From Dictyostelium discoideum (taxonomy: Eukaryota), in contig CM000151.3 in assembly GCA_000004695.1 (NCBI GenBank), positions 5,664,001 to 5,728,000 on the forward strand: 64,000 nt of DNA, given 5' to 3'. The notes beneath the pieces were generated by a model. The model was not told where the DNA came from and did no database searches. It saw only the letters and a list, made by a program, of their open reading frames with translations. Position 1 is the first letter of the stretch. Each line of letters opens with the position of its first letter. A program made the position numbers and the translations under genes. Of the stretch, positions 27,072 to 42,746 are shown piece after piece.

Positions 27072-27216
27072 AAATTGTTACTCTTATAATACAGCTTTAT
27101 TTTATTATTATTTTTGTGATTATTTTATTATTATTTTTGTGATTATTTTTTTTTTTTTTTATTTTATTTTATTTTATTTTATTTTGTTTATTTAAATTAT
27201 CTTTACATAATTTTTT

Positions 27217-28809
27217 TTAAATTAATTGAATAACTTTTTTAATAGTTTCCCAATCTTGATCAGTATTTTCTTCATGAGTACATTGATTAATATATTTTTT
27301 CCAAAAGTATAATAATTGTTTTGAATAGTTTGAAGCTTTATTTTGAGCTTGTTGATTATTGTTGTTAACATTTTGAACTACACGATATCTAAGATGGTCG
27401 AAACAAATACCCAAATGTTTTAAAGACCAACATTTATCATTGACATAGGTGAGTGCTTTCTCTAAGATTTCAACGGATAATTCTAAAGCTTTAAATGATT
27501 CAGTATTTTGTTGACTTAAATATTCTTTTAATAGGGTTTCAGCAGCTCTTTCCAAAGAGACAGCCATTTCTTCCATCATGAAATGTTCCCAACTATCATT
27601 TGGATATTTTTCAGTATTATTTGGTATATGAAAGGAAGGGAATGTTGAAAAAGTGGTTTTAATAATCTTAAAGGTATTAAATTTGTGTGAGTCTTTCTTT
27701 GGAATAATTTGAGATGTTAAACCCTTACTAATGGTATAATAATCATTTTGGAATGAGCTATCACCCGATTTAAAATCACCACCAATATAAATTGGACGAT
27801 CATTGATATTTGCATCTAAAAAATCTTTTAATGAATAACCATCTGGAATGTATGGATGATAAACGTTACCTGGGAATTTAACACGTTGAAATAATGGTGA
27901 TTGAGTGATTTTAAACCATTCCCAACTCATAATTTCCATTGAAAGTATATCAATATCTGGTCGAACCTTTTCACATAAATGTAAATACATTGGTACATTT
28001 GTAACCAAATCACCACCAACCAACAATAATGTATTTCTTGGTAAACCATCTAAAACTGAATGACCATAATCATAGAATGAATAATTATCACTTTGATCTT
28101 GTAAATTATAATTAAATCCAATTTGATTACCAACTAATAAAATAATAATAATTGGTAATAAATATTTTTGAATCTTTGAAATTGTTGTTGTTGTTGTTGC
28201 TGCTGTACCACCATCTCTTTGAATTCTATTTAGAAATCCAAAAATTGATTTAATACCTAATCCCATTGTTATTGATATTATTACATTTGGTTGCATAAAA
28301 AATCTTAAAAATACACCTCTATATAATGGTTTATCAATTGGTAAATTACATAAATTGAAAAAGAATGTAATATAAAATAAAAATGAAAATATAATCATTG
28401 TACCAAATGATTTCCATTTAAATGTTCTAAAAAAAAAAAATAAAAATAAAAAAAAAATTTAAAAAAATAATTAGTAAAATTAAAAATTAAAATAATAATA
28501 ATAATAATAATTAAAAATTTCAATGAATTACCTTATATTATAACCTAATAATAAATTTAATAAACCAATTAATGATAATGCTAAACCAATGTAACCAAAT
28601 TGAATTATTAAATTTTCAATATAAATTGAAATTTTAGTAAATAATGAAATTACACCACCATCACCACCATATAATTGTAATGTTCCATATTCTTCTCTTA
28701 GAAAATGTTTTATAAAACCACTATAAATATAAATATAAATATAAATAAATATAAATATAAATATTTGATTAGTATTTTAATTTTTAAATAATCTAGATTG
28801 TTTTGTTTT

Positions 28810-28871
<62 letters not shown>

Positions 28872-29348
28872 CAAAAAAACATACCGTAATGTTGAAGTAT
28901 TACCCCAAGAATATTTAACTCTATTTAATTTTGGAGTAATAAATAATAAAAGATAAGGTGATAAACCAATTAATGTATAGAATACTAAATTTGATAAGAT
29001 TTTAATATTCCAAAGTTGATCTCTACCAGAGATAAACATTAACCAAAATGCAAATGGAATCACTATTAATACTAGGGTATGTTGATTAGTTAAACCGATT
29101 GCACAACTGAATGCACTTAAATAAGCTATACGTTCAGATGTCCAAAATGCTGTATTATATCTTTCATTTTCAAATATTCTAACCCTGGTATACCACACAC
29201 CTAAAAACATTAACATTGCAACAAACATATTATTCATTGAAAATACTTCACCTTGAATTTGATACATCCAAATTAATGGTGAAAATGTAAACATATATGC
29301 TGATAATAATCCACACCAATGATTATTTACCCATCTTAATTATAATTT

Positions 29349-29405
<57 letters not shown>

Positions 29406-29940
29406 ATTAATAATACTATACTCAATTATATTCTATTTACTATAGTATTCATTAATATATTTATTATATACATACAAATAAACAGTTAAATAAATGAAAA
29501 TACTTGCTATTGAACCAATCATTGATGACATAAAAGATATTTTCCATGCAACAGATAAAGTATTTGATGGGATGATATGTGAGAATATGTAACCTAAAAA
29601 TGTGAATAATGGATAACCAGGTGGATGAGCAACACCAAATTGATGTGCAACTACAATAAGTTCACCAGCATCACCTCCTGATACTGATGGATATTGTGTC
29701 ATTGAATATATAATCGTACATGATATGAATAATAATACAATACATGCTATTGTACTCTTTTTTAAAATTTTAAAACATCTATCTTTTTGTTGTTGTAATT
29801 GAGTATCTTCCCTCTCTATTATTCCATCATTCCAATTCATAAAATCTTTTGCCATATTCATTGTTGTTGATGATACATTATTATTAACATTAATAATATT
29901 ATTATTATTATTATTTCGATTATTTACATTTCTATTTACA

Positions 29941-30013
<73 letters not shown>

Positions 30014-30086
30014 TACTATTACTATTACTATTATTATTATTATTTTTTCTATTTCTTGTATTTGACAGTGTGGGTGAATTGTTCAT
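27217..30086 (-). CDS. TMEM260 / DUF2723-family multi-pass membrane protein, a putative protein O-mannosyltransferase. Four exons (minus strand): 30086..29476, 29334..28885, 28730..28532, 28426..27217.
   Basis: The DUF2723 signature is ...YPSVSGGDAGELIVVAHQFGVAHPPGYPLFTFLGYIFSHIIP. There are many TM segments, and the C-terminal exon is soluble and helical/TPR-like. The junctions are TT|GTATGT...ttaAG|A (Leu), CG|GTATGT...tttatAG|T (Arg), and AG|GTAATT...ttttAG|A (Arg). All are frame-consistent. Introns 1 and 2 contain poly(A/T) tracts of 60 to 65 nt. Confidence 0.7.
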
Positions 30087-30245
30087 TTTTTTTATTTTTT
30101 TATTTTTTTATTATTCTTTTTTTAAAAAAAAAAGAATAATAAAAAAAAAATATATGAATAAAAAAAAGAATATTATATAAAAAAAAAGTAAGAAAAAAAA
30201 AAAATTAGAAAAAAAAGTGCAAAAGGGGTTCTATTTATAAAGTTT

Positions 30246-30286
<41 letters not shown>

Positions 30287-30350
30287 GAAAAAATTTTCAT
30301 CAAAAATTTAGTGGTATTGGCTTTTTTTGGCTTTTTAAAAATATACACAA

Positions 30351-30445
30351 ATAAAATAAAATAAAATAAAATAAAATAAAATAAAATAAAATAAAATAAA
30401 ATAAAATAAAATAAAATAAAATAAAATAATATAAAATAATATAGA
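30351..30445. repeat. (AAAAT)n microsatellite.
   Basis: It is an ataaaataaaataaaat... run in the divergent promoter region between the TMEM260-like and uL23m genes. Confidence 0.9.
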
Positions 30446-30863
30446 ATTTAATCAAAAAAATGAAATAAATTAAAATGAAATAATATAAAATAAAAATAAT
30501 ATAATATAAATAATAAAAATAAAAATAAAAATACAATAAAAAATAGAACAAAAAAACACTTAAAAATAAAAATAGAATAAAAAAAACACTTAAAAATAAA
30601 AAACTAAACAATATTCCCAAATAAAAAAAAAATAAAAAAAAATAAAAAAAAAGTAAAAAAAAATTTTTATCAATTTTTTATTTTTTTTTTTATTTTTTAT
30701 TTTTTTTTTTCGTTTTTCATTTATTGCAAGCTCTCAAAGAATAATCATTGATCATATTATTTAATTTTCTTTTTCATACAAAATAATCAAACACAAGCAC
30801 TATCACAAGCATAAGCATACACACACAATATAGTAATAGTAGTAATAATAAAAATAATAAAAA

Positions 30864-31226
30864 ATGATCAATCCATTAAATAAACCAGTTTTAGGTACTA
30901 GATTAATGAATTCAGTATTCTTTCCAAATATTAAACTTCAAGTAATTAGAAATAGTGGCAAAACTTTTGAAAATACTAATAAAATTATGTTCAAAACCGA
31001 TTGTTCAGTTGGTAAAACTGATATTAAAACATATATGAAAGCTTTGTATGATGTAAATGTGGATAAAGTTAATACAATCAATGTTCAAGGTAGAATTAAA
31101 TCAAAAACTAAAGGTCTTCAAAAACGTTCAAAATTAAATTCTAAATATAAAACTCCTGATTATAAAAAAGCAATCATCACTGTAGATCCATCTTTAAGAG
31201 CTCAATTATCAAGAGGAAAGAATTAA
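30864..31226 (+). CDS. Mitochondrial ribosomal protein uL23m (MRPL23 / Mrp20-like). 120 aa, single exon.
   Basis: The sequence ...NIKLQVIRNSGKTFENTNKIMFKTDCSVGKTDIKTYMKALYDVNVDKVNTINVQG...KTPDYKKAIITV parallels human MRPL23 ...NFFIQLVRPG...[35 protein letters not shown]...KKPDYKVAYVQL. Confidence 0.65.
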   Translation: MINPLNKPVLGTRLMNSVFFPNIKLQVIRNSGKTFENTNKIMFKTDCSVGKTDIKTYMKALYDVNVDKVNTINVQGRIKSKTKGLQKRSKLNSKYKTPDYKKAIITVDPSLRAQLSRGKN

Positions 31227-31962
31227 AATTAAAAAAAAATAAAAATAAAAAATTAAAAAATAAAAAATTAAAAAATAAAAATAATAATAAAAAAAAAGTA
31301 TAAAATAAAATATTAAAAAATATTATTAAAAAAAAAAAAAAAAAAAAACCCAAAATTATTATTTTCTTTTTTTTTTTTTTTTTAATTTTTAGATAAAGAA
31401 AAAAAAAAAAAAAAAAAAATGATAATTAAATTTTTTATGATTTTCTAAAAATAATCACAAATTCAATAAAATGGAAAAGGAAAAAAAAAAAAAAAAACAA
31501 TTATAACTCGATTACCATTCTTACTTTGACAATTATTAATTATTAATTATTTTTATTTTATTTTTTTTTATTTTTTTTTTTTTTTGAAAAATCAAAAGAT
31601 TATTTTAAAAAATAAAAATTTCAACAAAAAAAAAAAAAAAATTAAAATTAAAATAAAAAAAAAAAAAATAAAAATCCAACATAACGACCAAACAACACCA
31701 TTAATATTTTTATTCTGTAAATAAATCAAATACCATCCACTGAAAATAATAATAAAATAATTTTTTAACTTTATATATATATATTTATATTTATAAATTT
31801 TATTTTTCATTGTATTATTACAAAAACAATTTTAATAAAATTAATTCCCTTTTTTTTTTTTTTCACACACACACAAATAAATTAAATTAAATAAATAAAA
31901 TTTTTTTTATTTTTAAAAACAAAAAAAAAAAAAAAAAATTCATACACTCATACATTCAAAAA

Positions 31963-31966
<4 letters not shown>

Positions 31967-31997
<31 letters not shown>
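31967..31997. repeat. (CA)n dinucleotide microsatellite. A second (CA)n lies at about 32995..33022.
   Basis: The sequence reads acacacacac.... Confidence 0.9.
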
Positions 31998-32030
31998 AAT
32001 AAATTAAAAACAAATCAAATATATTTAATA

Positions 32031-32695
32031 ATGTATAGTAATAAAAATGATAAAGATAAAGATAAGGATCAAAATAATGAAAATAATAAAAATAATGATG
32101 ATGAAGCAATTAGTTTAAAGATATTAGTTGTTGGAAAATTAGCATGTGGTAAAACTAGTATTATTCAAAGATATTGTCATAATAATTTTCAACCAAAGTA
32201 TAAACCAACGATCGGTGTAGATTTCCAACAAAAGGTATTAGAGATTATGGGACAAAAGGTGTTACTTCAATTGTGGGATATAGCAGGCCAAGAAAGATTT
32301 GGACATATGACAAGAGTATATTTCCAAAATGCGCATGGTGCAGTGATTGTTTTCGATGCAACTAGAAGTGGGACTTTTTTAGGCGCAAAAGCATGGAAAG
32401 ACGACATTGACTACTGTTTCAATAACGAAAATTTACCAACGATCCTACTTGCAAATAAATGTGATTTACTCACACCACCTTACACTTTTCCAGAGGATAT
32501 AAACACATTTTGCGAACAAAACAGATTTAATAAATACTTTTATACTTCTGCAAAAGAAGATACTGGTATCAATGAAGCTTTAGAAGAATTGGTTAAAATC
32601 ATTTTAGAATCTTATCAAACTCAAGAACAATCAACTGGTTTTAAATTAAGTGATCAATCTCAATCAACTGAAACAACACCAACTCAATCAAAAAC

Positions 32696-32705
<10 letters not shown>
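32031..32705 (+). CDS. rab32: Rab32/Rab38-family small GTPase. 224 aa, single exon.
   Basis: It has the P-loop GKLACGKTS, the switch II motif WDIAGQERFG characteristic of the Rab32/38/29 subfamily, NKCDL, SAK, and a C-terminal CC prenylation site (...QSKTCC*). The N/D/K-rich N-terminal extension is typical of Dictyostelium. I cannot decide which paralogue (rab32A to D) this is. Confidence 0.85.
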
Positions 32706-32731
<26 letters not shown>

Positions 32732-33359
32732 TAATAATAATAAAAAAAAAAAATAAAAATAAAAATAAATAATTAAAAAATTATAAATTATTATTATTTT
32801 ATTTGTTTTTAATTTTCATTTTATATTAGATGATTTATTATAAAATGATTTTAGGTGAGATGAATGATTTGTTATCTTTAATTTTTTTTATTTTCAAAAA
32901 AGAACAATTACACCTCTTTTGGATACAGCTTTTTAAAAGTTTTTTTTTTTTCTATTTATCAATTAATAAATGTATTAATTATAGAATTATAGCGCCATAC
33001 ACACACACACACACACAAACACATCATTGGAAGCAGGAAGGATCGAGGGAAGGAAGGAAATGGCAATAGTGGGGGAAAATCGTTCACCAATACATATTGA
33101 ATTTTGAAAGTCAAAATTTTAACAAAGCTGTTCCTTTGTTAGGATGATATATTAATACTAAGATTGAAAATATTTAGATCACTTGGCATTGGATTGATTT
33201 TACTAATAACAAACATTTATTTGTTTAAAATTTTTTTTTTTTTCTATTTATATATATTTATTTTTATTATTATTAATTAGTTTTTTGTTATTTAATTTTA
33301 TTAATCAAAATGGAGCTCTTTTTTATTTTTTATTTTTTTTTTATTTTTGCGAACCAACC

Positions 33360-33392
<33 letters not shown>

Positions 33393-33758
33393 TAAATATA
33401 TAAAATCTTTTTTATTAATCTTTTTTTAAAAAAAAAAAAAAAAAAAAATCAACCAGAATTTGAAAAATTATTAGAAAAAAAGTTACCTTTGTTATTTGAG
33501 GAGATTAATAAAAAGTTGGGGTGTGTCTTTAAATAATCAAAAAAAAAAAAAAAATTCTCAACAGCCACCTTTCACCAAAATCGAAATATCTTTTATTTTT
33601 CGTTGAAAAATAAAGAGTTTTTAAATGAGTTTTTATGGTTTTTTTTTTTTTCTTTAAATATAAAGAATTTTCTATACACATATAATTTTTATTATTTTAT
33701 TTTTAGATTTTTAGATTTTTTTTTTTTTTTCTACAATTTTTAAACAAAATTTTTATTA

Positions 33759-35799
<2,041 letters not shown>

Positions 35800-36253
35800 A
35801 TTTGGATTTAGATTATTATTATTTTTTTTAATTGTACAAGTGTTTATATTTATATAATTATAACATATAATTAATTTTTTTTAAAATTTATTTTTTTTAT
35901 TTAATTTTTTTTTTAATTTTTTTTTTTTAAAATTAGAATTTTTTTTTTTTTTTTTTTTTTATCAGAGACACTAAACGAAACAAAAAAGCAGTTTTTTTAA
36001 ACTCCAAAAAATCTTTCGTGCATAGGTATGAAAACAATTATTGTCTGTTAGTTTTTTATTTTTTTTTTATTTTTTTTATTTTTGAAATGACACTATTTCC
36101 CCCCCTCGCACACCACACGCCACTATAGATTTCACTCGGGATCTAGATTTTTTATTTTTTTTTTTTATTTTTCATTTTTTTTTTTATTTTTTTATTTTTT
36201 TATTTTTTTATTTTTTATTTTTTTTTATTTTTATTTTTATTTTTTTTTTTTTT

Positions 36254-37678
36254 TTATTTTTTTGTAACTTCTTTTATTTCAAAATTTTTAATTGTTTTAT
36301 TTTTACTATCTGATAATATTTTTTTAACTTTTAAAAAACTTCTTTCTAAATGTGGATAGTAATAAAATATTCTAAAATCTTCTAGAGTTTTATTAGATTT
36401 AAAAAAACTATCAAATATTTTAAAATCTTCTGGAATTAATTGAACTAAAACTTTATTATGATATTTTAATGTTTTAATATTTTTATTTTCATTACAATGT
36501 TGAATTACAGCAATAAAACTATCATTACTACAAGAGATTGTATTTAAAAATTTTAAATTAAAAAGTTGATTTAATTGATTTGATTCTTTAATTACAAAAA
36601 ATTCTAATCCAATATATTTTAAATTATAATTTTTTAAACAAATTTCATTTAAAAATTTATTTTGTTCATTTATATCCCCCTCCTCCTTTTTTGAATTATT
36701 ATTATTATAAAAATTAAAATTTTTAATTACCAATTTCTTTAATTTAAAATTATTATTTTCAATTCTATTTAATATAAAACCATTATTATCATTATCATTA
36801 TCATTATTTTGATTATTATTATTATTATCTAAAATGATTTTAAATGATTTTATATTTGTTTCAGAGAATACTTTTTTTATTAATGAATTTGGTGTTTCAA
36901 TATTTTTAAAATAAATTGATTTAATTGATTTACAATTTAAAATATTATCTAAATTATAGAAATTATTTTGAATTTGATGATTTGGTGTACTGATTATTAA
37001 TTTCTTTGGATTATAATGTGATAGAAATTCAAATGAAAATTTAAAGTATATAGATTCTTCATAAGGTGAGTTTGAATATAATTGATGTTCTTGTGAACTT
37101 GAAATTGGTCCGAAATAAAACCAATTAATGTATAACTTTTTAATATAGATTTTACAAATTTTATTATAATCAACTAAATCATTATAATATTGATAAGATG
37201 GGAAATAAGCAAATTTTGATGATTCTGAATAAATTCTTTTTAAATTTTTAAAATTATTAATTAAATAATTATATTCAGATCTTTTTAATTCTTTATCATT
37301 ATTACTATCATTATTTTCATTATTGTTATTCTTATTATTATTATTATCATAAAATATTACAAGTTGTTCAATTTCTTTAAATTGTAATAATTTTCTTTTC
37401 ATTAATTGGTTTAATATTTGTGTAGGTCTATTGATTGAAAGTTTTGAATTTTCAATATAACTTTTTATTGAATTAAAAGTCATCTTAACCATTATACAAT
37501 CATTATCAAATGTTAAAAGATTTTGTATTATTGAAAAACATGCCTTTGAAATTAAACTATATTCTAAAACTTGTTTAAATTTATTTTTATTTAATAAATA
37601 TAAAAATATATTTTTTAAAATTAAATTACTTAAAACTTTCATTTTATAATAAAAAAATTTGTTTATAAAAAAAAACAA
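36254..37678 (-). CDS. Hypothetical N-rich protein, a tandem paralogue of 33759..35765. 474 aa.
   Basis: The sequence MKVLSNLILKNIFLYLLNKNKFKQVLEYSLISKACFSIIQNLL... (F-box-like) ...LKYIGLEFFVIKESNQLNQLFNLKFLNTISCSNDSFIAVIQHCNEN... has the same orientation, a similar N-terminal motif and a similar LRR-like body. Confidence 0.5.
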   Translation of the reverse strand: MFFFINKFFYYKMKVLSNLILKNIFLYLLNKNKFKQVLEYSLISKACFSIIQNLLTFDNDCIMVKMTFNSIKSYIENSKLSINRPTQILNQLMKRKLLQFKEIEQLVIFYDNNNNKNNNNENNDSNNDKELKRSEYNYLINNFKNLKRIYSESSKFAYFPSYQYYNDLVDYNKICKIYIKKLYINWFYFGPISSSQEHQLYSNSPYEESIYFKFSFEFLSHYNPKKLIISTPNHQIQNNFYNLDNILNCKSIKSIYFKNIETPNSLIKKVFSETNIKSFKIILDNNNNNQNNDNDNDNNGFILNRIENNNFKLKKLVIKNFNFYNNNNSKKEEGDINEQNKFLNEICLKNYNLKYIGLEFFVIKESNQLNQLFNLKFLNTISCSNDSFIAVIQHCNENKNIKTLKYHNKVLVQLIPEDFKIFDSFFKSNKTLEDFRIFYYYPHLERSFLKVKKILSDSKNKTIKNFEIKEVTKK

Positions 37679-38026
37679 AAAACTAACGTGAAAGTGATTG
37701 TTTGTGTGTTTTTTTTTTTTTTTTTAAAAATTTAAAAAAAAATAAAAAAAAAATATTCAAAGAAAATATCTTTTGGGTTTGTGTGAAAAAAGATTAAAAG
37801 ATATTTTGTTTTTTATTTTTTTTTTACAACTTTACAATGTTTTTTTATTTATTTATATTTTTTTTTTTTTTTTTTTTTTTTATTTATTTTTTAAATGTTT
37901 AAATTAAATTTTTTATTATTTCTTTAATTTATAAAATTGATGGATAATAATACCACAAAATTAAAAAAATGTTTTTGAAATATTTATTTTACTTATTGTC
38001 ACAATGGTGGTTTTATAGTAATAATT

Positions 38027-39468
38027 TTACAGCATTAAAAGTGGATTGTTATTATGTTGGTGATGATATTGTGGAATTGTTTGATTTTGAATATGGTATT
38101 GCATTTGATCGTTACCTCTATAAAATCCTTGAGTTTCTTGAATAAATGATTGAGGATATGGTTGGATTGAAATTTGTTGTTGTTGAATTTGTTGAACTTG
38201 TTGTTGTGGCATTGAATTATTAATTATTGGAGTTGACATTGGAATTGGAGATGATAAAGGAGAAGAAGTTGGTGTTACCATTGTCGATTGTTGTTGTTGA
38301 TTTGTATTTGATGATGATGTCGTTATTGAATTATTATTATTATTATTATTATTATTAACATTTGTTGAATTTAATTGTGACCATCTTGATTTGCATTCTA
38401 AAGCAGTTCTTGGAATTTTGGTAGTTTTAGCTCTTGCTAAATGTTTAGAAACTTGTTGAAAAGAGATTTTTTCATTATTTTGGGTCATTAATTTAATTTT
38501 TTTAGTCAAGATATCATCTTCCAATTGATTCCATTCAGTTTGTCTTGACATTATGGCTTTAAAGTATTGATAACGACATTGAATATCTGTACGAGTTTTA
38601 ATTTCAATTGCAACATTTTTCCAACTTTGACCATGTTTATCAACCAATTGAAACAAGAGCTCCTCTTCAGCTTCGTCCCAAGAGCCTTTTTTAATCTCTG
38701 GCGAGAGAACACGTTTCCAATGTTGAGCGCATTGAGCACCAGTTTTACCACCACCCAATTTGGTAGCTATCTTTTTCCATTGTTTATCACCATTCTCTGT
38801 TACTAATTTAATTAGATTTTGACTCTCTTCCTTTGTCCATTTATTTGGTGGTGATCTTATACCCCTACTAATACTCTCTCTCTTTCTTTCTCTCTTTTTC
38901 TTTATAATCTCTTGAGAGTTTGATGTTAATAAAATATCTTTAGTAAATTCTAATTCTTGTTCAGAGATACCATTATCAATTAAATATTTAACCATTTTAA
39001 TATCGCCATCAATTTTAACTAATGAATGAATTAATGTATTATGAATTGAATTATCTAAATTAAATTCTAAACATAAATTTTTTATCTTTTTAAAAAATAA
39101 AAAATAAAAAATTAGAATTTTAATTTTAATTTTAATTTTAATTTTTATTATTATTTTTAAAAATAAACTTACTTTTAATAACATTTGTTTTACAGTAATT
39201 TCTTCTTTTGAACATTCAGAAAATATTTTTATAATTGGTATAGTGATACCAGGTGTTTTACAAATTAAATTGACAAATGGTGTAATAGATACTCTTATTG
39301 CTTCTTGGTCGTCCTCATATTCCTCGAAATAACTATCGGCGTCGTCGTCACAATCATTTGAGGATTCTTTATCTGAGCAATGTTTATCGGATGAGTAATC
39401 ATCTTCAATACAACTATTATTACTATAACTACTTATACTACCACTACTATTTATATTATTATTTATTA

Positions 39469-39556
<88 letters not shown>

Positions 39557-40007
39557 GTTTGGATAATTATTTTCTTCCATCATTGCAGAATATGATCTTT
39601 TTATATTATTATTATTATTATTATTAATATTATTATTACTATTACTATTATTATTATTATTATTATTATTGTTATTATTATTATTATTATTTGAGAAACC
39701 AGTTGAAGAAGATAATGGAGTTGGTGATAATTCACCACTAACACAAGTTGGTGGTGAATGTTGATCTATAGTTAATTGTGGTGAATGAATTTGATGTGGT
39801 GGTGAATTTGTGATTGTATGATAATTATTATAGTTTGGTGGTGATGGACATAATGGTAATCCAGAGTAATTAAATGTTTGTTGTGGGAATAATGCTTGTG
39901 GAATCATTGGGATTTGATTCGATGTTCCATAGCATCCGAAATTTTTATTTATTAATTGTGGTGAAAAAATTGGTTGTGGTGTAGGAGGAATATTTTGATG
40001 GTGGTGA

Positions 40008-40076
<69 letters not shown>

Positions 40077-40162
40077 ATTGATTGTTGTGGTTGTTGTGGT
40101 TGTGCATTGGTGCTAGCCCAATAATAAAATGGGATATTTGAATTTGGGAATATAGCAGTCAT
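38027..40162 (-). CDS. Myb-family transcription factor with three Myb/SANT repeats (R1R2R3). Exons (minus strand): 40162..39173 and 39085..38027.
   Basis: The Myb repeats are ...NKWTKEESQNLIKLVTENGDKQWKKIATKLGGGKTGAQCAQHWKRVLSPEIKKGSWDEAEEELLFQLVDKHGQSWKNVAIEIKTRTDIQCRYQYFKAIMSRQTEWNQLEDDILTKKIKLMTQNNEKISFQQVSKHL...ECKSRWSQL. The 87-nt intron (AAA|GTAAGT...aaaaAG|ATA) is in frame and stop-free, so the track ORF reads through it as ...KVSLFLKIIIKIKIKIKIKIL.... The N-terminal half is poly-Q/N/H-rich. Confidence 0.85.
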
Positions 40163-40244
40163 TTTATTATTATTATTATTATTATTTATTATTTATTATT
40201 TTATTAATTTTAAAATTTATTTATTTGGAAAATATTAAATTTAC

Positions 40245-40326
<82 letters not shown>

Positions 40327-41555
40327 TTTTAAAAAAATAAATTATTATTATTTATAATTTAAATTAGGAGATTTTGAAAAAATAAAAAAAAAATAAAAAA
40401 ATTATTAATTAATTTTATTTTATTTTTTATAATTATTTATAATTATTATTATTATTATTATTATTTATTTGAATTTTATTTATACAATGTATTGGTATTG
40501 GTTATGTACAAAAAAAAAAAGTGATTGATTTTTTTTTTTTTTAATTATTTTTTTTTTTTTTGATTTTTTTTTTTTTTTTTGATTGTTATTTTTTTTAATT
40601 AATTTTGTTAAATAAAAAGTGACCTAGTGTAAGTAAGTGATGAAAAAAAAAAAAAAAATTAAAAGAAAAAATTAAATTTTATTAATATGAGAAAAAAAAA
40701 ATTTATATAAATTTATATAAAAAAAAAAAAAAAACTCAAAAATAACCAATCAAAATTATGTTCATAAATCTCTGATGGATCTAAATTTTTTGCGGGCTTG
40801 CTTTGGTTACTAAATCAAAAAAAAAAATAAAAAATAAATGAAAAAATAAAAAAAAAAAAAAAAAAATATTCATAAAAAAAAAAAATTAAATTAAATTAAA
40901 AAAAATTTTGTGTCTACACAGAAAATAGAAAAAAAAACAATGGATAAAAAGGTCACATTAACATCTTTGGACAATTTTTTTTTTTTTTTTTTTTTTTTGA
41001 TTAATTTTTTTTTTTTTTTAAATGAAAAATTTAATGGGGAAAAATTGTAGTAAATTGATTTTTTGAAAATATTATTTTTTTTTTTTTTAAATTGTTTAAA
41101 TAGTGGTGTTGTAGATCATTGGAAATGTTTTGAAAACTGAAAAAAAAAAAATTTTATTTTTAACAATAATCTACTAAAAAAAAAAAATCACCTTTTATTA
41201 AACAATAAAATATGGTAATTTTATTTACAATCGAGATTTTAAGAATTTACAAATTTTTTTTTTAGGTTTTTTTTTATAATTTTTTTTTTAAATCATTTTT
41301 TTTTTTTTATTATTATTTTTTTTCTTTTTTTTTGAAATTTTATTTTTGGTGGAGATTAATATAAAAAAAAAAAAAAAAAATGAATGACTTCTATAGATTT
41401 ATTATTACCTCTATTTTTTTTTTAATATTATATATAAATATATATTTATTTGATATGAATGTATGTTTTTTTTTTTTTTTTATTTTTATTAAAAAATTTG
41501 GGGTTTCAAAAAATTTATATTGAAATTCTTTAAAATGAATTTACTGTTTTTGATT

Positions 41556-41588
<33 letters not shown>

Positions 41589-42354
41589 ACTGTTTTTTTT
41601 TTTATTATTTTATTATAATTTTTTTTTTTTATTTATTTATTTATTTATTTTTTTTATTTTTTTTTTTTTTTGTAATCTTTTTTATTTTTCAAATATATAA
41701 TGAATTTATGATAGCATATTATCTGATAACAGTAGTTGAATATAAAAATAAATATACTTTTGGTTTTTATATTTTTTTTTTATTTTATTTTTATTTTTAT
41801 TTTTTATTTTTTATTTTTTTTTTTTATTTTATTTTTATTTTTATTTTTGTTTTTTATATTTACCATATAAAGATTTAATATATGGCAGTGGGTGTGAGAT
41901 GTTTTTTTTTTTTTTTATTTTTGGGTGTTTTTTTTTTATTTCAAAAGTTATGTGAAACAACGAATACATATTGGCAATAATAGGAATAATGAATTTAATT
42001 ATTGGTATTTTTATGAGGGGCGATCAATTTGGAAAAAAAAAAAAAAAAAAAAAAATGCAATAACAACACTAACCCCACATTCCAAACATTTATTATATTA
42101 ATAAAATTAAAAAAAGGCAATATATCTGTTGCTATTGAATAGTAATTATTATTTATATTATGGTAAAAATAAAAAAGCGAGAATGTGACTCGCATGATAT
42201 TTTTTTCCTTTTTTTTTGATAAAAAAAAAAAAATAATAAAATAAAAACTTATATATCTCAATTATAAATAAAAAAAATCTATTTTTAGAATCATTTACTC
42301 CACATACACATACAAAAATATCTTTATTTATTGTGAATTTACATTCACATGAAA

Positions 42355-42360
<6 letters not shown>

Positions 42361-42403
<43 letters not shown>

Positions 42404-42416
42404 TTTTTTATTATTA

Positions 42417-42448
<32 letters not shown>

Positions 42449-42480
42449 TTTATTTTTATTATTATTATTACTATTATTTA
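42361..42480. repeat. (ATT)n microsatellite. Another lies at 40245..40323.
   Basis: It is an attattatt... run with a few interruptions. Confidence 0.9.
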
Positions 42481-42670
42481 CTATGTATTTATATTATATT
42501 ATTTTAATTTAATTTAATTGAGAATGGGAGAGAGTGAGGGGGAGTTTTTTTTTTTATGTGAGTTTTTTTTTTTTTTTTTTTTTTTGTGTGGTTTGTGAGT
42601 GGTTGGGTGTGCATTTTGGATGTGTTGAATTTATTTGTTGTATCGAATGATATAAATATATAATAACTTT

Positions 42671-42704
<34 letters not shown>

Positions 42705-42709
42705 AAAAC

Positions 42710-42746
<37 letters not shown>

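Noticed and set aside
33400-33560. Short plus-strand ORF ...NQPEFEKLLEKKLPLLFEEINKKLGCVFK*, and a possible minus-strand micro-exon, downstream of the 33759..35765 gene.
   Set aside because: It has no ATG or plausible splice partners. It is most likely 3' UTR or intergenic sequence.
42520-42545. A second G-rich, potential G-quadruplex motif (gggagagagtgagggggag).
   Set aside because: Its G-runs are too short and separated by long loops. I folded it into the gene-desert island finding rather than reporting it separately.
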